This document shows positions 26,088-39,844 of a DNA stretch of 64,000 nucleotides, in pieces. The stretch comes from Octopus vulgaris (Eukaryota), in assembly GCA_951406725.2 (NCBI GenBank), contig OX597828.1, positions 34,224,001 to 34,288,000 of the forward strand, written 5' to 3'. Numbering within the stretch: position 1 is the first letter of the stretch; every line of letters begins with the position of its first letter. The translations under genes were made by a program, and so were the position numbers. The notes beneath the pieces are model-generated. The model did no database searches, was not told where the DNA came from, and worked only from the letters and a program-made list of their open reading frames with translations.

Positions 26088-26169
<82 letters not shown>

Positions 26170-26506
26170 GCGTGCGTGTGTATATTAAAGGAAGTTATTT
26201 TATGGCAGTCTTTCGTTTGAGGCAACAAAATTGACATCTCGATCATATGGGGTCATATGATTGCTCGTTAATATCCGTAAATTGAAAAAAAAAAAATTTT
26301 ATGCTCTGATGAGAGCAGAAATTGAAAGAGAAGAGAAAGGGAAAAGACGACATTTGCTTTGAAGTGAGAGGAGAAAGTGAAAGATGTATGTACATGTATA
26401 TGGAATGGACGTGTGTGCGTGAGAGAGAGAGAGAGAGAGAGAGAGTGAGTGAGTGAAGGTGTCTGTTGTCATGTATGTTTTTTTGCATGTATGTGTAAGT
26501 GGCACA

Positions 26507-26950
26507 GGATCTTTTCGGTTTGAACGGCAGTTTTTTCTAGTGGTGTCATATGAAATTGTCACCCATAATTATGACCCTAGAATCGATCTATTGCATTTCA
26601 ATTTATTTTAGATTTAGAGTTAGTTAGGGTTAGGGTTAGGGTTAGGATTAAGGGTGGGGGAAGGGTATCTTTTTTTCTTCACAAATGTAAATAAACCCAA
26701 TGTGTTTCTTAAACGAGGGACAAATTCATACGGCACAGAATGCTTTTTAACACAATAGACGCCAGTGATTGGTTAAAATTGCCGAAATGCAAGAAATTAA
26801 AGACGAAATATGTTACAAACTACAGAATTTTCTCAAGAAAGCCAAGAGAAAATGATGTTTTATAAACACATTCTACCAGTATACGAGGTTTAAAATTTTT
26901 TAGTTACCTAGAAATTATGTTAAAAACTACCGTTCAAACCGAAAAGATCC
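26507..26950. mobile_element. MITE with GG termini and an 8-bp TSD (Merlin-like), containing internal TTAGGG repeats
   Basis: 29-bp TIR GGATCTTTTCGGTTTGAACGGYAGTTTTT; TSD GTGGCACA/GTGACACA; (TTAGGG)~4 at 26624-26647. Confidence 0.85.
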
Positions 26951-27042
26951 GTGACACACACATATTATCTTTCATATACACGTACATAAATACATATGCA
27001 TACACCATTTTTGTATGTATGTTCGCGTGTGCCCGAGAGGGA

Positions 27043-27104
<62 letters not shown>

Positions 27105-27439
27105 GTGACACACAAACTCACTCTTACATATATATATATATATATATGCTAAGCAGCTTTCTCTGACATAGTACAGATACGATTAATTCGGAGAAACGTT
27201 ACTTTCACTATTCACACATCGTCACTATCGTAGTTATGGTTCAAACTGAAAGTGTGAAACTATTTTCACTTTCTAATGAAACTGGTCGATGCAGAGCAGT
27301 GTCTTTCAAATAGCTATAGCTGATTGTTGAGATATAAATATGTATATGTAAATAAAGTCTATTTGGTAGCCGAAAGATTGCTGAATGTTTCGATACCCCA
27401 TACGTCAAAATCGGCATAAGGAATGCATAAGGAACATAT

Positions 27440-27532
<93 letters not shown>

Positions 27533-27944
27533 TCTATATATATATAAAAGAGATTCTGCCTATCTGCCTGTCTGTTTGTCCCACAAATTGAGACTAAAAC
27601 TAGACACTATCTCTCTATGATTTTTTTCTATATCTCCTCAGTTTTCTCTCTCCCCCTCTATATTCTCTGTCTATCTGTCTGTCCGTCTGTCTCTCTGCCA
27701 TGCTACCTCAAAGAGATTCAATCTTTTTGTCTGTCCCACAAAGTGAAACTAAAACCAGACACCATCTCTATGATTTTCTTTCTTTTCTATCTGTCTATTT
27801 CCCTCTCTTTCATTTTCTTTCTTTCTTTCCCTCTCTCTTTTCTCCCTTGCTCTCTCTCTCTCTCTTTCTTATCACACATGGAGTAATAATAAATGGAACA
27901 GACACAAAATATCTACAAAGGTTCAAAGTCATTCTATAATTAAG

Positions 27945-28628
27945 TATGGAACAACAATCGGTAGATTATATACTGTACATCCTAATCAAAATGAATGCTT
28001 TCATCTCAGAATGTTCCTTCATGTAAAAAGAGGACCAACTTCATGGGAAAGTTTGAAACAAGTTGATGGATGAGATTTGCAGAAAATATCGAGGAGCGAG
28101 TTTCAAGTTAGGTTTGCTTGGAAATGATCAGCAATGGCAAGCTACATTAGAAGAAGCTTCAATATCAAAAATACCCAAGACTTTAAGATGTATTTTTGCT
28201 ATTATTCTCAAAAATTGTGAAGTAAATAATCCTGTTCAACTGTGGAATAAGTTCAGCAATGATCTTGCTGAAGACTTCAGTTGAGTAATCCTGAGCAAGA
28301 TATTGGTTTCACGGCTTTGATTGAAATAGAAGATCAAATTATTTCGATGGGAGGTGAACCTATAGAAAATTTAGGTTTCCCACTAACTAATAGAAGGGAT
28401 CTTAACACTCTCTCTCTTTACTCTTTACTCTTTTACTTGTTTCAGTCATTTGACTGCGGCCATGCTGGAGCACCGCCTTTAGTCGAGCAAATCGACCCCG
28501 GGACTTATTCTTTGTAAGCCCAGTACTTATTCTATCAGTCTCTTTTGCCGATCCGCTAAGTGACGGGGACGTAAACACACCAGCATCGGTTGTCAAGCAA
28601 TGCTAGGGGGACAAACACAGACACACAA

Positions 28629-28659
<31 letters not shown>

Positions 28660-29510
28660 CATATATATGACAGGCTTCTTTCAGTTTCCGTCTACCAAAT
28701 CCACTCACAAGGCATTGGTCGGCCCGGGGCTATAGCAGAAGACACTTGCCCAAGATGCCACGCAGTGGGACTGAACCCGGAACCATGTGGTTGTTTAGCA
28801 AGCTACTTACCACACAGCCACTCCTGCGCCTATGTCCACTGCCCACTGAAATAATGAGAGAAATTTCCTATGATAAGGATGAACTGACCATGTACATAAA
28901 TGATAATCTTCCCAAGCTTCTATCTGATCAACGTCGAGTATAATCCACGGTCATAAAAAGTATTAACAATAACACAGGAGGAATTTATTTCTTCGATGCT
29001 CCAGAAGGTACTGGGAAAACATTTGTAATTAAACTCCTCCTGGCTAAAGTTCGTCAAGAAAATAAAATAGCTTTATCTACTGCTATTTCTGGGATGCAAC
29101 AACATTATATTCGAAGGTCGGACTGCCTGTCCAACATTCAAGTCATCTTGAGCTTTATCTAACGAAAAAGATCCTGTTTATAATATATCTAAAAATTCTA
29201 AAATGGGTGAGCTAATACAATGATGTCACTTAATTGTCTGGGACGAATGTACCATGGCTCACAAAATCACTTTTGAAGCTGTTGTCAGAACATTACGGGA
29301 CATTAGAAATTATAATTCCATGATGTGAAATGTCACAGTATTATTATCAGGAGACTTCCAGCAAACTCTACCAGTTGTTCCAAGCGGAACAAAAGTGGAT
29401 GAACTCAATGCTTCAATGAAGTATTCTGTATTATGGCACCATCTGAAAACACTTCAACTTTCGACAAATATGAGATCAAGGCTGTCAAGAGATCAATCAG
29501 CTGAACTATT
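27945..29510 (+). pseudogene. Helitron Rep/PIF1-helicase remnant with stops and frameshifts, split by a SINE
   Basis: TIGRLYTVHPNQNECFHLR..GPTSWESLKQVDG; Walker A region FFDAPEGTGKTF; IVWDECTMAHK; LLSGDFQQTLPVV; LQLSTNMR. Confidence 0.92.
28414..28830 (-). mobile_element. SINE family A inserted in the Helitron helicase remnant
   Basis: Full-length copy; the Helitron reading frame resumes on both sides. Confidence 0.9.
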
Positions 29511-29917
29511 TTCATGTAATAAACAAACAACTTCATGTATAAAAATGATCTTTTTACTACTTCATTTATTACATTTTTTTCTCTTATAAAAATATTATAT
29601 CATTGCCATTACTGTATAGATAAATAAAATAACACACACAACTCACTTATTATTGTCATATTATAAACAAACACAAATTCATGTATGATATTGATCTTTC
29701 TACTTCAATTATTACATGGTTTTCTCTTCTAAAAATACATACATACATACAGGAGGAGTAAACTATACATATAATAATACATTCAATGTGGCTCCCGATC
29801 AACAGTAAAAGTAATTACCCGATTAACAACGGGTTTTACTGCTAATGTGACCTCGTGAGCACCGCCAGCAATTTTTTTTCCTCTGTCTTCCCTTCTCGGG
29901 ATCTTTCCTTCTCCTTT

Positions 29918-29952
29918 GTTTCCGACGAAGAGCTCCGCTCGAAACGTTAAAC
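29918..29952 (+). ncRNA. Minimal hammerhead motif (U4 to C variant), same family as 3248
   Basis: GTTT-CCGACGA-A-GAGC-tcc-GCTC-GAAA-CG-TT-AAAC. Confidence 0.65.
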
Positions 29953-30065
29953 CCTCCTTCCCTTCTTTCCTGAGCGTCCAATAATACTTTATTTGTTCCA
30001 CGTCCTCGCGTTGCTGTGTTTTTTTGTGTTTTCTTGTTTGGATTAACTTTATATATATATATATA

Positions 30066-31361
30066 CGAGGTCTGATCAATAAGTATCCGGACTGGAGCTA
30101 TAAAACAATACTACAACACGTACCAATTTGGCGTTTAATCTCCTTCAAAGTAGACCCCTTCGGAAACCACACACTTAATCCAGTGTTGTTTCCATTGATG
30201 GAAGCATTACTGGAACTCATTTTCTGGGATAATCAGCTGCTGCCTCGTCACATTCACTTTGATTTCCTCGACGTCCTGGAATCTTCTTTCTTTCAAGCAG
30301 GATTCGATTTTTGGAAAGAGGGAAAAGTCACAAGGGGCGAGATCTGGAGAATACGGTAGCTGTCAACCCTGGGAAATGCTGTGCCTAGCCAAAAACTGTT
30401 GCACAAACTGCGCTGAATGGGCAGGTGCGTTGTCATGGTGCAATTACCACTCACCGGACGCATGCAATTGTGGCCTTTCCCGAGGAATAGCATCCCGCAA
30501 ACGCCACAAAACATCATGGTAGTACTCCTTGTTTACTGCCTGACCAGGTGGAGGCATACTTATAATGAACAATACCCTTGTAGTTTAAGAAAACAGTCAG
30601 CAGTGTCTTTACATTGCTTCGATCTCGGAAAGGTTGGGGGTCTTCCATTGCGAAGACTGAGCCTTTGTTTGTGGGTTCATAGCCATAAACCCACGATTCA
30701 TCACTCGTTATGACCTTTTTTCAAAATGTTTTCATCGTTCTCGACATAATCAAGGAAATCTTGTGCAATTGAAACCCCGAGTGTCTTTTTGGTCAGCTGA
30801 AAGCAGTTTCGGCACAAACTTGGCAGGTACTCGTCTCTTACCCAAATCTTAAGTGATAACGGACTGAACAGAACCGTAACTAATCTGCACATCCTCTCAT
30901 TACTCGCGGATGGTGATTCGATGATTTCCCTCCCCACAGCTGCATGCTCATCTGCGATGTTTTTCTAAGTTCTGCTGATTGCATTTCTCCCAGAACGTTT
31001 GTCACTATCGACATTTTATCAGATATCTTGGAAATGTCTGAACCACTCGTACACTTGTGTGCAGCTCCTACACTCCTCTCCATACACTTTCTGTGACTTT
31101 GCGTAGGCCTCTGAGCAGGAACTGCCAAGCTTTTGATGCAGATTCTCTTCTTAACTTTCTCTGTCATGGTCAATGCGACGATCACACGGTACACACGTTC
31201 CTTCCAAGTACTACTGTAAACAGTGAAAGTGAGCTAGAACGTTAAAACTTAGTGCACATGCACTGCAGAGTTCAAGGTCAATTTGTGTCAAACGGTTTCA
31301 TTCTGTGTGCTTTAGCTTCGTTACTATGGCAACAGTCCGAACGCTTATTGATTAGACCACG
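30066..31361 (-). mobile_element. Full-length (1296 bp) decayed mariner transposon
   Basis: TA TSD at 30064-30065 and 31362-31363. 29-bp TIRs CGAGGTCTGATCAATAAGTATCCGGACTG / CGTGGTCTAATCAATAAGCGTTCGGACTG. Transposase remnants KRICIK, QVYEWFRHF, LHHDNAPAH, PYSPDLAPCDF; frameshifted. Confidence 0.92.
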
Positions 31362-32742
31362 TATATGTCCCACCCATGCCATCATGGAAGGCAGACGTTA
31401 AGCGATGATGATAATGATGATGATGATGATGATATATATCATCATCATCAATAATACTAATACGCTTTTTGATTTTGTATGTACCTGTTGTGTGCGTCAC
31501 ACTTCAAAGAAGTGGCAAAGCGAGAGAGAGAGAGGAGGACAGAGAGGAAGTAAGAGAGAGAGAGAATGAGAGAAAAAGGGAGAATGAGAGAAAAAGTGAG
31601 AGAGAGAGAGAGAGAGTGAAAGAAACAGTGAGTGGTGACGGCGTTCGTTTTGTGATTTTAAATGTTTCAAAAAGGAAGTAAGAGAGAAAGAGAGAGTGTG
31701 TGTGAAAGAAATAGTGAGTGGTGACAGCGTTCATTTTGTGTTTTTAAATGTTTATCACATCGCAAGAGAATACATAGATAATATACACATTGTTAAATCA
31801 CAAGCAGGAGAGAAGAGGGATACAAAGGAAGTGAAAGAGAAAGAGAGGAAGTGAGAGAGACAGTAGAAACATATATCCAAAGAAAAGTTTATACATAGAC
31901 ACATACACACAGAAAATATTGGATGTCAATTTCACTTTTCATTACCACATGAGGATAAAATTAACTCACAAATGGCTGAATACTCCACAGACATGCATAA
32001 CATTAACCTAGTTCTCAAGGAGATTCAGCCTCACACAGAATATGATAAGGCTGGCCCCTTTGAATTACAGCTACAACTCGAGGCATATATATATGAATGT
32101 ATTTGTGTGTGTATAGTTTAGGTTAGTTAAAACACGTTTGCAATAATAAGTGTCACGTGGTGGAAATAAATGCAATTACCAAACTTTCATTCATAAATCC
32201 ATTTATTATTTCGTTCTTTTGCATTTCAATTTGTACATTAAGGTTCTTTGAATATGTACGATGTATTTTAAGGTTAAATAGTAATTCCGTTTACGTTTGT
32301 GTTACTGAGATATTTTGGTTGGATTATATAGTCATTGGTGTTACATTACTTTCTATATTCTGTAATTGTCACAATACACTTTTCTAGGCCTGAATTTTTT
32401 GTGGGGAGGGGTCAGTTGATTAGATCGATCCCAGTATACAACTGATACTTAATTTATTGACCTCGAAAGGACGAAAGGCAAAGTTGATCCCGGCAGAATT
32501 ATTTTTTCGTTTTTTTTTTCACCTTTTACTTGTTCCAGTCATTAAACTGAGGCCATGCTGGGGCACCGCCTTGAAGAATTTTTGGTGGAATGCAATTTTT
32601 TCAAAGTGTACAAATAACACGGAAAAAAAAAAAAAATAGTTACTAGGGTAACAAAAATTCACGTAAGTGCTAAGGATGTTACAGCCTATTTGTAAAGGTA
32701 GAAATTCCAGGGTTTAGTGAAATATTATTCAAATCTTTATAC

Positions 32743-32830
32743 TTCCGACATATGTTTCGAAGAAAACATTGGTATTATTCCTGGGGGAATAAAATGATGT
32801 AAAACAATATGTAATCATCTCACCAGGGAA
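32743..32830 (-). ncRNA. Degenerate hammerhead motif with a long stem-II insert
   Basis: Reverse complement reads TTCC-CTGGTGA-GATG...(~55 nt)...CTTC-GAAA-CATATG-TC-GGAA; palindromic ACATATGT and a GUC site. Confidence 0.5.
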
Positions 32831-32893
32831 AAAAAAGAAACAAAACGCATCAATAAGCCATCGGTTAAAATGTTAAAATGACTAATTGATGTG

Positions 32894-32943
<50 letters not shown>

Positions 32944-33132
32944 GTGTACAAAAGAAAGACAAAAGACGAAGATATGTGAGGGAACAACAAGCAGGTGTAT
33001 TAGTTTGGCGCTTGGGATGAATGGAAAAGTATGACGTTTCGAGTCTACGCTCTTCGAGGGAAAAGGATGAGAGGAAAAGAAATGGAGAAAGAAAAAAAAA
33101 TGTGTGGGATTAACGGTTTAACATGATGATAT

Positions 33133-33298
33133 CACTAGCGTAGCTAGGTGTGTGTGTGTGAGGGGGGGAGCAGTTGGGGCAGTCTGCCCCGAGCGGCAAT
33201 TTTAAATGGGTACCACTTCTGGGTTTGCTGTAGGCAATATGTGATTTTTGTGGGGTCCGGCAAACGGAAGGATGGTACAGACTCTGGCTACGCTAGGG
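33133..33298. mobile_element. hAT-type MITE
   Basis: TIR CMCTAGCGTAGC; perfect 8-bp TSD GATGATAT (33125-33132, 33299-33306). Confidence 0.75.
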
Positions 33299-33382
33299 GA
33301 TGATATGTATGTATGTGTGTGTGTATGTGTGTGTGTGTGTGTGAGTGTGTGTGTGTGTGTGTGAATGTGTGTGTGTGTGTAT

Positions 33383-33583
33383 CAGTGCTTTTCAAACTTT
33401 TTGCTGGAGCGGAACCCCAAGGAAACATTCCATTGGCTCGAGGAACCCCTGTGCAATAATTTAATAGTCTTATGCACACATATCTGCACAGGAGAATTAA
33501 AAATTACTGCCGATTTTAGCAGTTTTGTAACTACTTGCGGAACCCCTAGACTGTACTGACGGAACCCTGGTTGAAAACCACTG
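33383..33583. mobile_element. hAT (Charlie-like) MITE
   Basis: CAGTGCTTTTCAAAC...GTTGAAAACCACTG; perfect 8-bp TSD GTGTGTAT. Confidence 0.85.
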
Positions 33584-33963
33584 GTGTGTATGTATGTACA
33601 ATGGAGCTTGGCGCATATCTCGGACTCATCACTTCGTTTCGAACTGTCCAACCCATAACAGCATGGCAAATGGAACATTAAAATGATAATGTTGACACAG
33701 TTTTTTTTTTCAACGTCAAATTCGCTGAAAGATTTGATACTCGTTGAAGGACCCTTACATCAATGAGAACCGGAGGTGTCAATATTTTTATCTCATGTCC
33801 TTTATCTTCTAGGACTTGATGAGGTCAATGTCGTGACCTTAGATAGTGTTACGAAAACTGGGAGAAGCAGGGTGGACGGCGGTCGGATATAAGTGAAGGA
33901 CGACCTAACGTTATTCACTGCTATGAAGATCAAAGATCTGAGATAACCGCTTAAACATTTAGA

Positions 33964-34421
33964 TGTACGTACGTACGTACGTACGTACGTACGTATGTAT
34001 GTATGTATGTATGTATGTATGTATGTATGTATGTATGTACGTATGTACGTATGTACGTATGTATGTATGTATGTATGTATGTATGTATGTACGTACGTAT
34101 GTACGTACGTACGTATGTATGTATGTATGTATGTATGTATGTATGTATGTATGTATGTATGTATGTATGTATGTATGTATGTATGTATGTATGTACGTAT
34201 GTACGTATGTATGTATGTATGTATGTATGTATGTATGTATGTATGTATGCATGTATGTATGCATGTATGTATGTATGTATGTATGTATGCATGCATGTAT
34301 GTATGTATGTATGTATGTATGTACGTACGTATGTATGTATGTATGTATGTATGTACGTACGTACGTATGTATGTATGTATGTATGTATGTATGTATGTAT
34401 GTATGTATGTATGTATGTATG

Positions 34422-34453
<32 letters not shown>

Positions 34454-34454
34454 C

Positions 34455-34487
<33 letters not shown>

Positions 34488-34524
34488 TGCATGTATGCAT
34501 ATGTATGTATGTATGTATGTATGC

Positions 34525-34557
<33 letters not shown>

Positions 34558-34764
34558 TGTATGTATGTATGTATGTATGTATGCATGTATGCATATACGT
34601 ATGTATGTATGTATGTATGTAAGTATGTATGTATGTATGCATGTATGTATGTATGTATGCATGTATGCATATACGTATGTATGTATGTATGTATGCATGT
34701 ATGCATATATGTATGTATGTATGTATGTATGCATGTATGCATATATGTATGTATGCATGTATGC

Positions 34765-34797
<33 letters not shown>

Positions 34798-34800
34798 TCT
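33964..34800. repeat. Compound (TATG/TACG/CATG)n microsatellite, ~840 bp
   Basis: Read directly; it explains the long HTYI/MYVC ORFs. Confidence 0.95.
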
Positions 34801-34946
34801 ATCTATCTGTCTGTCTGTCTATCTTTGTGTCTATCATTTTTCACACGCGCGCACACACGCACTTGCATTCGCACAGACGCACACACACACACACACACAC
34901 ACATACACGCAATTATACACATACAAACAAACGTATGTGAACACAT

Positions 34947-34990
<44 letters not shown>

Positions 34991-35471
34991 ACACATTCAC
35001 GCACCATAATCACCAAGTTTACCCACAAAATCAATCGCATATATACAGAAATACATAAAACACAGAACGCACACATGTATACACACGCATGCACGTAACT
35101 ATACACACACACACACACACACACATACAGGCACATTCACATATACACACAATTTCTCCACTACCACCACGACTACCATCACCATCATCATCATCCTCAC
35201 CACCAGCATAACCAAGCAAAAAGTATGTCTGGGGATTTTGATTGGTCGAAAAGAAAGAAGTCATATGTCAAGCAAATCGCTAGCTTCCTTTATCCTAGTT
35301 ACATAACTATCTTATTCAATTAAGCAAACTTCTAAGATGTTAATAAATCACTACGTGACACTTCAGAGAAGTTCTTGCGTTCGCGTCCTCCTCCATCAAC
35401 GTCTACAACCTCTCTAACCCACATCGCTCGTCACTGTTCCTATCCCTTCTTTAACCTCGGCTTAGTATAGG

Positions 35472-35504
35472 ATGACTCCGAGTCTATTCTACGCGGACGC
35501 CTGT
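35472..35504 (+). other. Candidate first exon (MTPSLFYADAC) ending at a GTAAGT donor
   Basis: CpG-retaining unique island at 35210-35515, inverted CCAAT at ~35241, donor GTAAGT at 35505. Confidence 0.25.
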
Positions 35505-35521
35505 GTAAGTGCGAGTGAGTG

Positions 35522-35600
<79 letters not shown>

Positions 35601-35817
35601 CTTTACTGCCCACAAGGGGCTAAACATAGAGGGGACAAACAAGGACAGACAAACGGATTAAGTCGATTACATCGGCCCCAGTGCGAAACTGGTACTTAAT
35701 TTATCGACCACGAAAGGATGAAAGGCAAAGTCGACCTCGGCGGAATTTGAACTCAGAACGTAGCGGCAGACGAAATACCGCTAAGCATTTCGCCCGGCGC
35801 GCTAACGTTTCTGCCAG

Positions 35818-36190
35818 CCATGGCCCAGTGGTTAGGGCAGCGGACTCGTGGTCATAGGATCGCGGTTTCGATTCCCAGACCAGGCGTTCTGAGTGTTTAT
35901 TGAGCGAAAACACCTAAAGCTCCACGACGCTCCGGCAGGGGATGGTAGTGATCCCTGCTGTACTCTTTCACCACAACTTTCTCTCACTCTTACTTCCTGT
36001 TTCTGTTGTACCCGTATTTCAAGGGGCCGGACTTGTCACTCTCTGTGTCACGCTCAATATCCCCGAGAACTACGTTAAGGGTGCACGTGTCTGTGGAGTG
36101 CTCAGCCACTTACACGTTAATTTCACGAGCAGGCTGTTCCGTTGATTCGGATCAACCGGAACCCTCATAGTCATAATCGACGGAGTGCTT
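35818..36190 (+). mobile_element. tRNA-derived SINE family C, head-to-head with a family B copy (35604-35818, -)
   Basis: TGGCCCAGTGGTTAGGGCAGCGGACTC..GGTTTCGATTCCC head; same body as 40879-41255. Confidence 0.8.
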
Positions 36191-36195
36191 CTCTT

Positions 36196-36229
<34 letters not shown>

Positions 36230-36301
36230 TGGCGGTGCCCCAGCATGGCCACAGCTCATAAGCTGAAACTGGAATCAATCATATATCTATACACACACAC
36301 G

Positions 36302-36555
<254 letters not shown>

Positions 36556-36561
36556 GGTTTG

Positions 36562-36645
<84 letters not shown>

Positions 36646-37647
36646 GCATTATTATCAAAGCTGTAAAAACATCACAATTATATCACAAAATCTGCTACCG
36701 AATCCCTAAAACTCGAGAAGTACCCAGTCAAATTTGACACATGTATTACTCAAGGTCCATGGAGTGTCATGGGCCAAATAAATTTTCAACTTCTTGCCTA
36801 ATGCGAGCCCAGAGGCAGATAAAACGCATTTTAAAAGCATTTTGGCAGCGTTAACGCCCGTAACTTGAAGAGTATCCAACCGCTTTCCTCCAAATTTGCA
36901 ACAGACATTAATCAGGCTCCTCGAATTGCTGTTGACTAAAAAAAAATTTCCGACGCCGACTATGCTTCCCACTCAATGCAGATTAATGAGGTTTGAGTAT
37001 ACTGCACTGGGTTTTTATCTTTGTTTTTAGGCCATTTTCCGACCATGGGATATTGACACTACTTATGCATGATAAGTAGCATATAATATTTCATGAAAAC
37101 CTTTTTGTCCAGTTTGGTAGAGGAAATAAAAAGAACATTAAAATTTTTGCCGGCGCCCTGTTTGATGCTTCATGTTAACAACATCCCGCGCACCAGAGGG
37201 CCATGTGCGTATGTGCGCGGCCGGAAAGTGAATTTTTTTTTCCCACGAGAGTTCCGAGTCCCAGTTATGAACTCATTTGAATACAGTCAATCAGAGCTCA
37301 GTTTTAATACATACCTTTTACCTTTCACTTGTTTCAGCCATTAGACTGCGGCCATGCTGGGGCACCGCCTTCAAGAATTTGAATTGAACGAACGATCCCT
37401 CTACTTATTTATAGATATTTTAAAAAACTAGCGCTTATTCTATCGGTTTCTTTTGTCCAACAACTAGGTTACAGGGACATAAACACACCGACACCTGTTT
37501 TCAAGCAGTGGTAGGCATAAACACATACATACATACATGCATACATACATACATACATACATACATACATACATACATACATACATACATACATACACAC
37601 ACACACATACATACATACATACATACATACATACACATATACGTACA

Positions 37648-37678
<31 letters not shown>

Positions 37679-38039
37679 CTACATACATTCATACGTATAT
37701 ACATACATACATTCATACACACATGAATACATAAATATATATAATTATACACATATAAAGATATAATTTCATGCATTTATACATACATACACATATACAT
37801 AGATGCATACACACATACACAGATATATATATACATACACACACACATGCATACAAAAATACATCCATACACAAATACATGCATACACGCATATACACGC
37901 ACATATACATACATTCCTAAATACATTCATACATACATACACACATATACATTCATACATATACATACATACATATACATACATACATACAGAAATACAT
38001 ACATACATGCATACACAAATACATACATACATACATACA

Positions 38040-38071
<32 letters not shown>

Positions 38072-38333
38072 CATACATACATTCATACATGCATACATAC
38101 ATCGGGCTTCTTTCAGTTTCCGCCTACCAGATCCACTCATAAGGTTTTGGTCGTTCCAAAGCTTTGTTAGAGGACGCGTGGCCAAGGTACCACGCAGTAG
38201 AAAGGAACCCGCAACCGTATGGTTGGTAAACAAACTTCTTACCACACAGGCACACATGCGCTTATGTCAATCTATGTGATATAAATAGGCGTTCCATTGT
38301 TGATCGTCCACTTCAAAAATTTGGAAAGTAATA

Positions 38334-38365
<32 letters not shown>

Positions 38366-38795
38366 TAATGTGCGTGTATCTCTGTGCTTGTATGTTGGTG
38401 TGAGTCCGCATGTTAATGATTGTATCTCTGTTGTGTGACTTAACTTTAAACCGGCTGACATGTATGGATGACCGACCGAACAATATCCCTGTTCGGTATT
38501 ATATAATCTTTGTTTATTTCGTAATAATTAATCTACGAAGACTGCTTGCATCAGGGACACGCATAAATAGAGACATACATACATGCGTGTGTGTATATGT
38601 ATGTATATATGTATGTATATATGTATGTATATAAATATAGACGTGTGTATATATATATATATATGTATATATATATACAGCCGAAATCTGCGATGAGGGA
38701 TCAGTTTCTGACTGAAGAATGAAGGCTTTGAATGACCCGTTTGTCTTTTTGTTCGTCCCTTCGTGTATTTCATGTTATTTATTTATGTAAAGGTT

Positions 38796-38866
<71 letters not shown>

Positions 38867-38867
38867 C

Positions 38868-39340
38868 GTTGTCGCACTTTGTGCCTCCTGTCGCGATGTG
38901 GTTTCATCTGGAATTGCAGATAAAAAAAAACTGTCTAGACGTTTTTTGAAGACTTCCATGTCTACACCTTGCAAATCCCTGATGTTCTGTCGTAGGGCAT
39001 TAAAAAGTTGCGGTCCTTTGAAACCCAAACTATTACAATATTGGTTTCGTAACCTCGATGGCGAAGATGGAACTTTGGTACTGTGCAGTGTTGTCCAGTT
39101 CGGGGATTGTTGTAGATTTCAATCCCGAAATTTGGAGCCAGACCCTCCGTTATTTTCCTCATGTATAGCACTGAATATCTCTCACGTCTCCTCTTCAGAG
39201 AGTAGAGTCCCAGTTCCCTCAATCTCTCCATGTAGCTCATGTGTTTTACTGAGTCTATAGTCTTTGTGAAGTGGCGTCGGATCGCTTCAAATTCCGCAAT
39301 TAGTTTTTCACTCTGTGGGGACCACAATTGGGAGCAGTAA
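38868..39340 (-). mobile_element. CR1/L2-group LINE 3' fragment
   Basis: YCSQLWSP..RHFTK..YMERLRELGLYSLKRRRERY..GPQLFNAL..FKKRLDSFF; frameshifted. Confidence 0.85.
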
Positions 39341-39353
39341 TATGTATATGTCC

Positions 39354-39840
39354 ACTTTGCCTTTCATCCTTTCGGGGTCGATTAAATAAGTACCAGTTGC
39401 GCAATGGGGTCGATATAATCGACTTAATCCGTTTGTCTGTCCTTGTTTGTCCTCTCTGTGTTTAGCCCCTTGTGGGTGGTAAAGAAATAGGTATTTCGTC
39501 TACCGTTAGGTTCTGAGTTCAAATTCCACCGAGGTCGACTTTGCCTTTCATCCTTTCGGGGTCGATAAAATAAGTACCAGTTGCGCAATGGGGTCGATAT
39601 AATCGACTTAATCCGTTTGTCTGTCCTTGTTTGTCCTCTCTGTGTTTAGCCCCTTGTGGGTAATAAAGAAATAGGTATTTCGTCTACCGTTAGGTTCTGA
39701 GTTCAAATTCCACCGAGGTCGACTTTGCTTTTCATCATTTCGGGGTCGATAAAATAAGTACCAGTTACGCACTGGAGTCGATGTAATCGACTAGCCCTCT
39801 TCCTTCCAAAATTTTCAAGGCCTTGTGCCTAAAGTAGAAA
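39354..39840 (+). mobile_element. Tandem multimer of SINE family B (~184-bp period)
   Basis: Near-identical units starting at 39355, 39539 and ~39722. Confidence 0.8.
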
Positions 39841-39844
39841 TAAT

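Larger units (their letters stand above)
27533..29845 (+). mobile_element. Internally deleted, decayed Helitron
   Basis: A|TCTATATATATATAAAAG-type 5' end at 27533. 3' CCCG..CGGG hairpin followed by CTGCTAA at ~29818-29845. Rep-helicase coding remnant inside. Boundaries inferred. Confidence 0.7.

Noticed and set aside
33802-35136. Long ORFs (up to 367 aa) of HTYI/MYVC repeats
   Set aside because: Translations of (TATG)n and (CA)n microsatellites, open in several frames on both strands.
38678-38730. Type-II-like hammerhead arrangement (GCC-GAAA...CTGAAGA...GGC)
   Set aside because: Core and stem I are inconsistent; probably a decayed PLE terminus that cannot be modelled.
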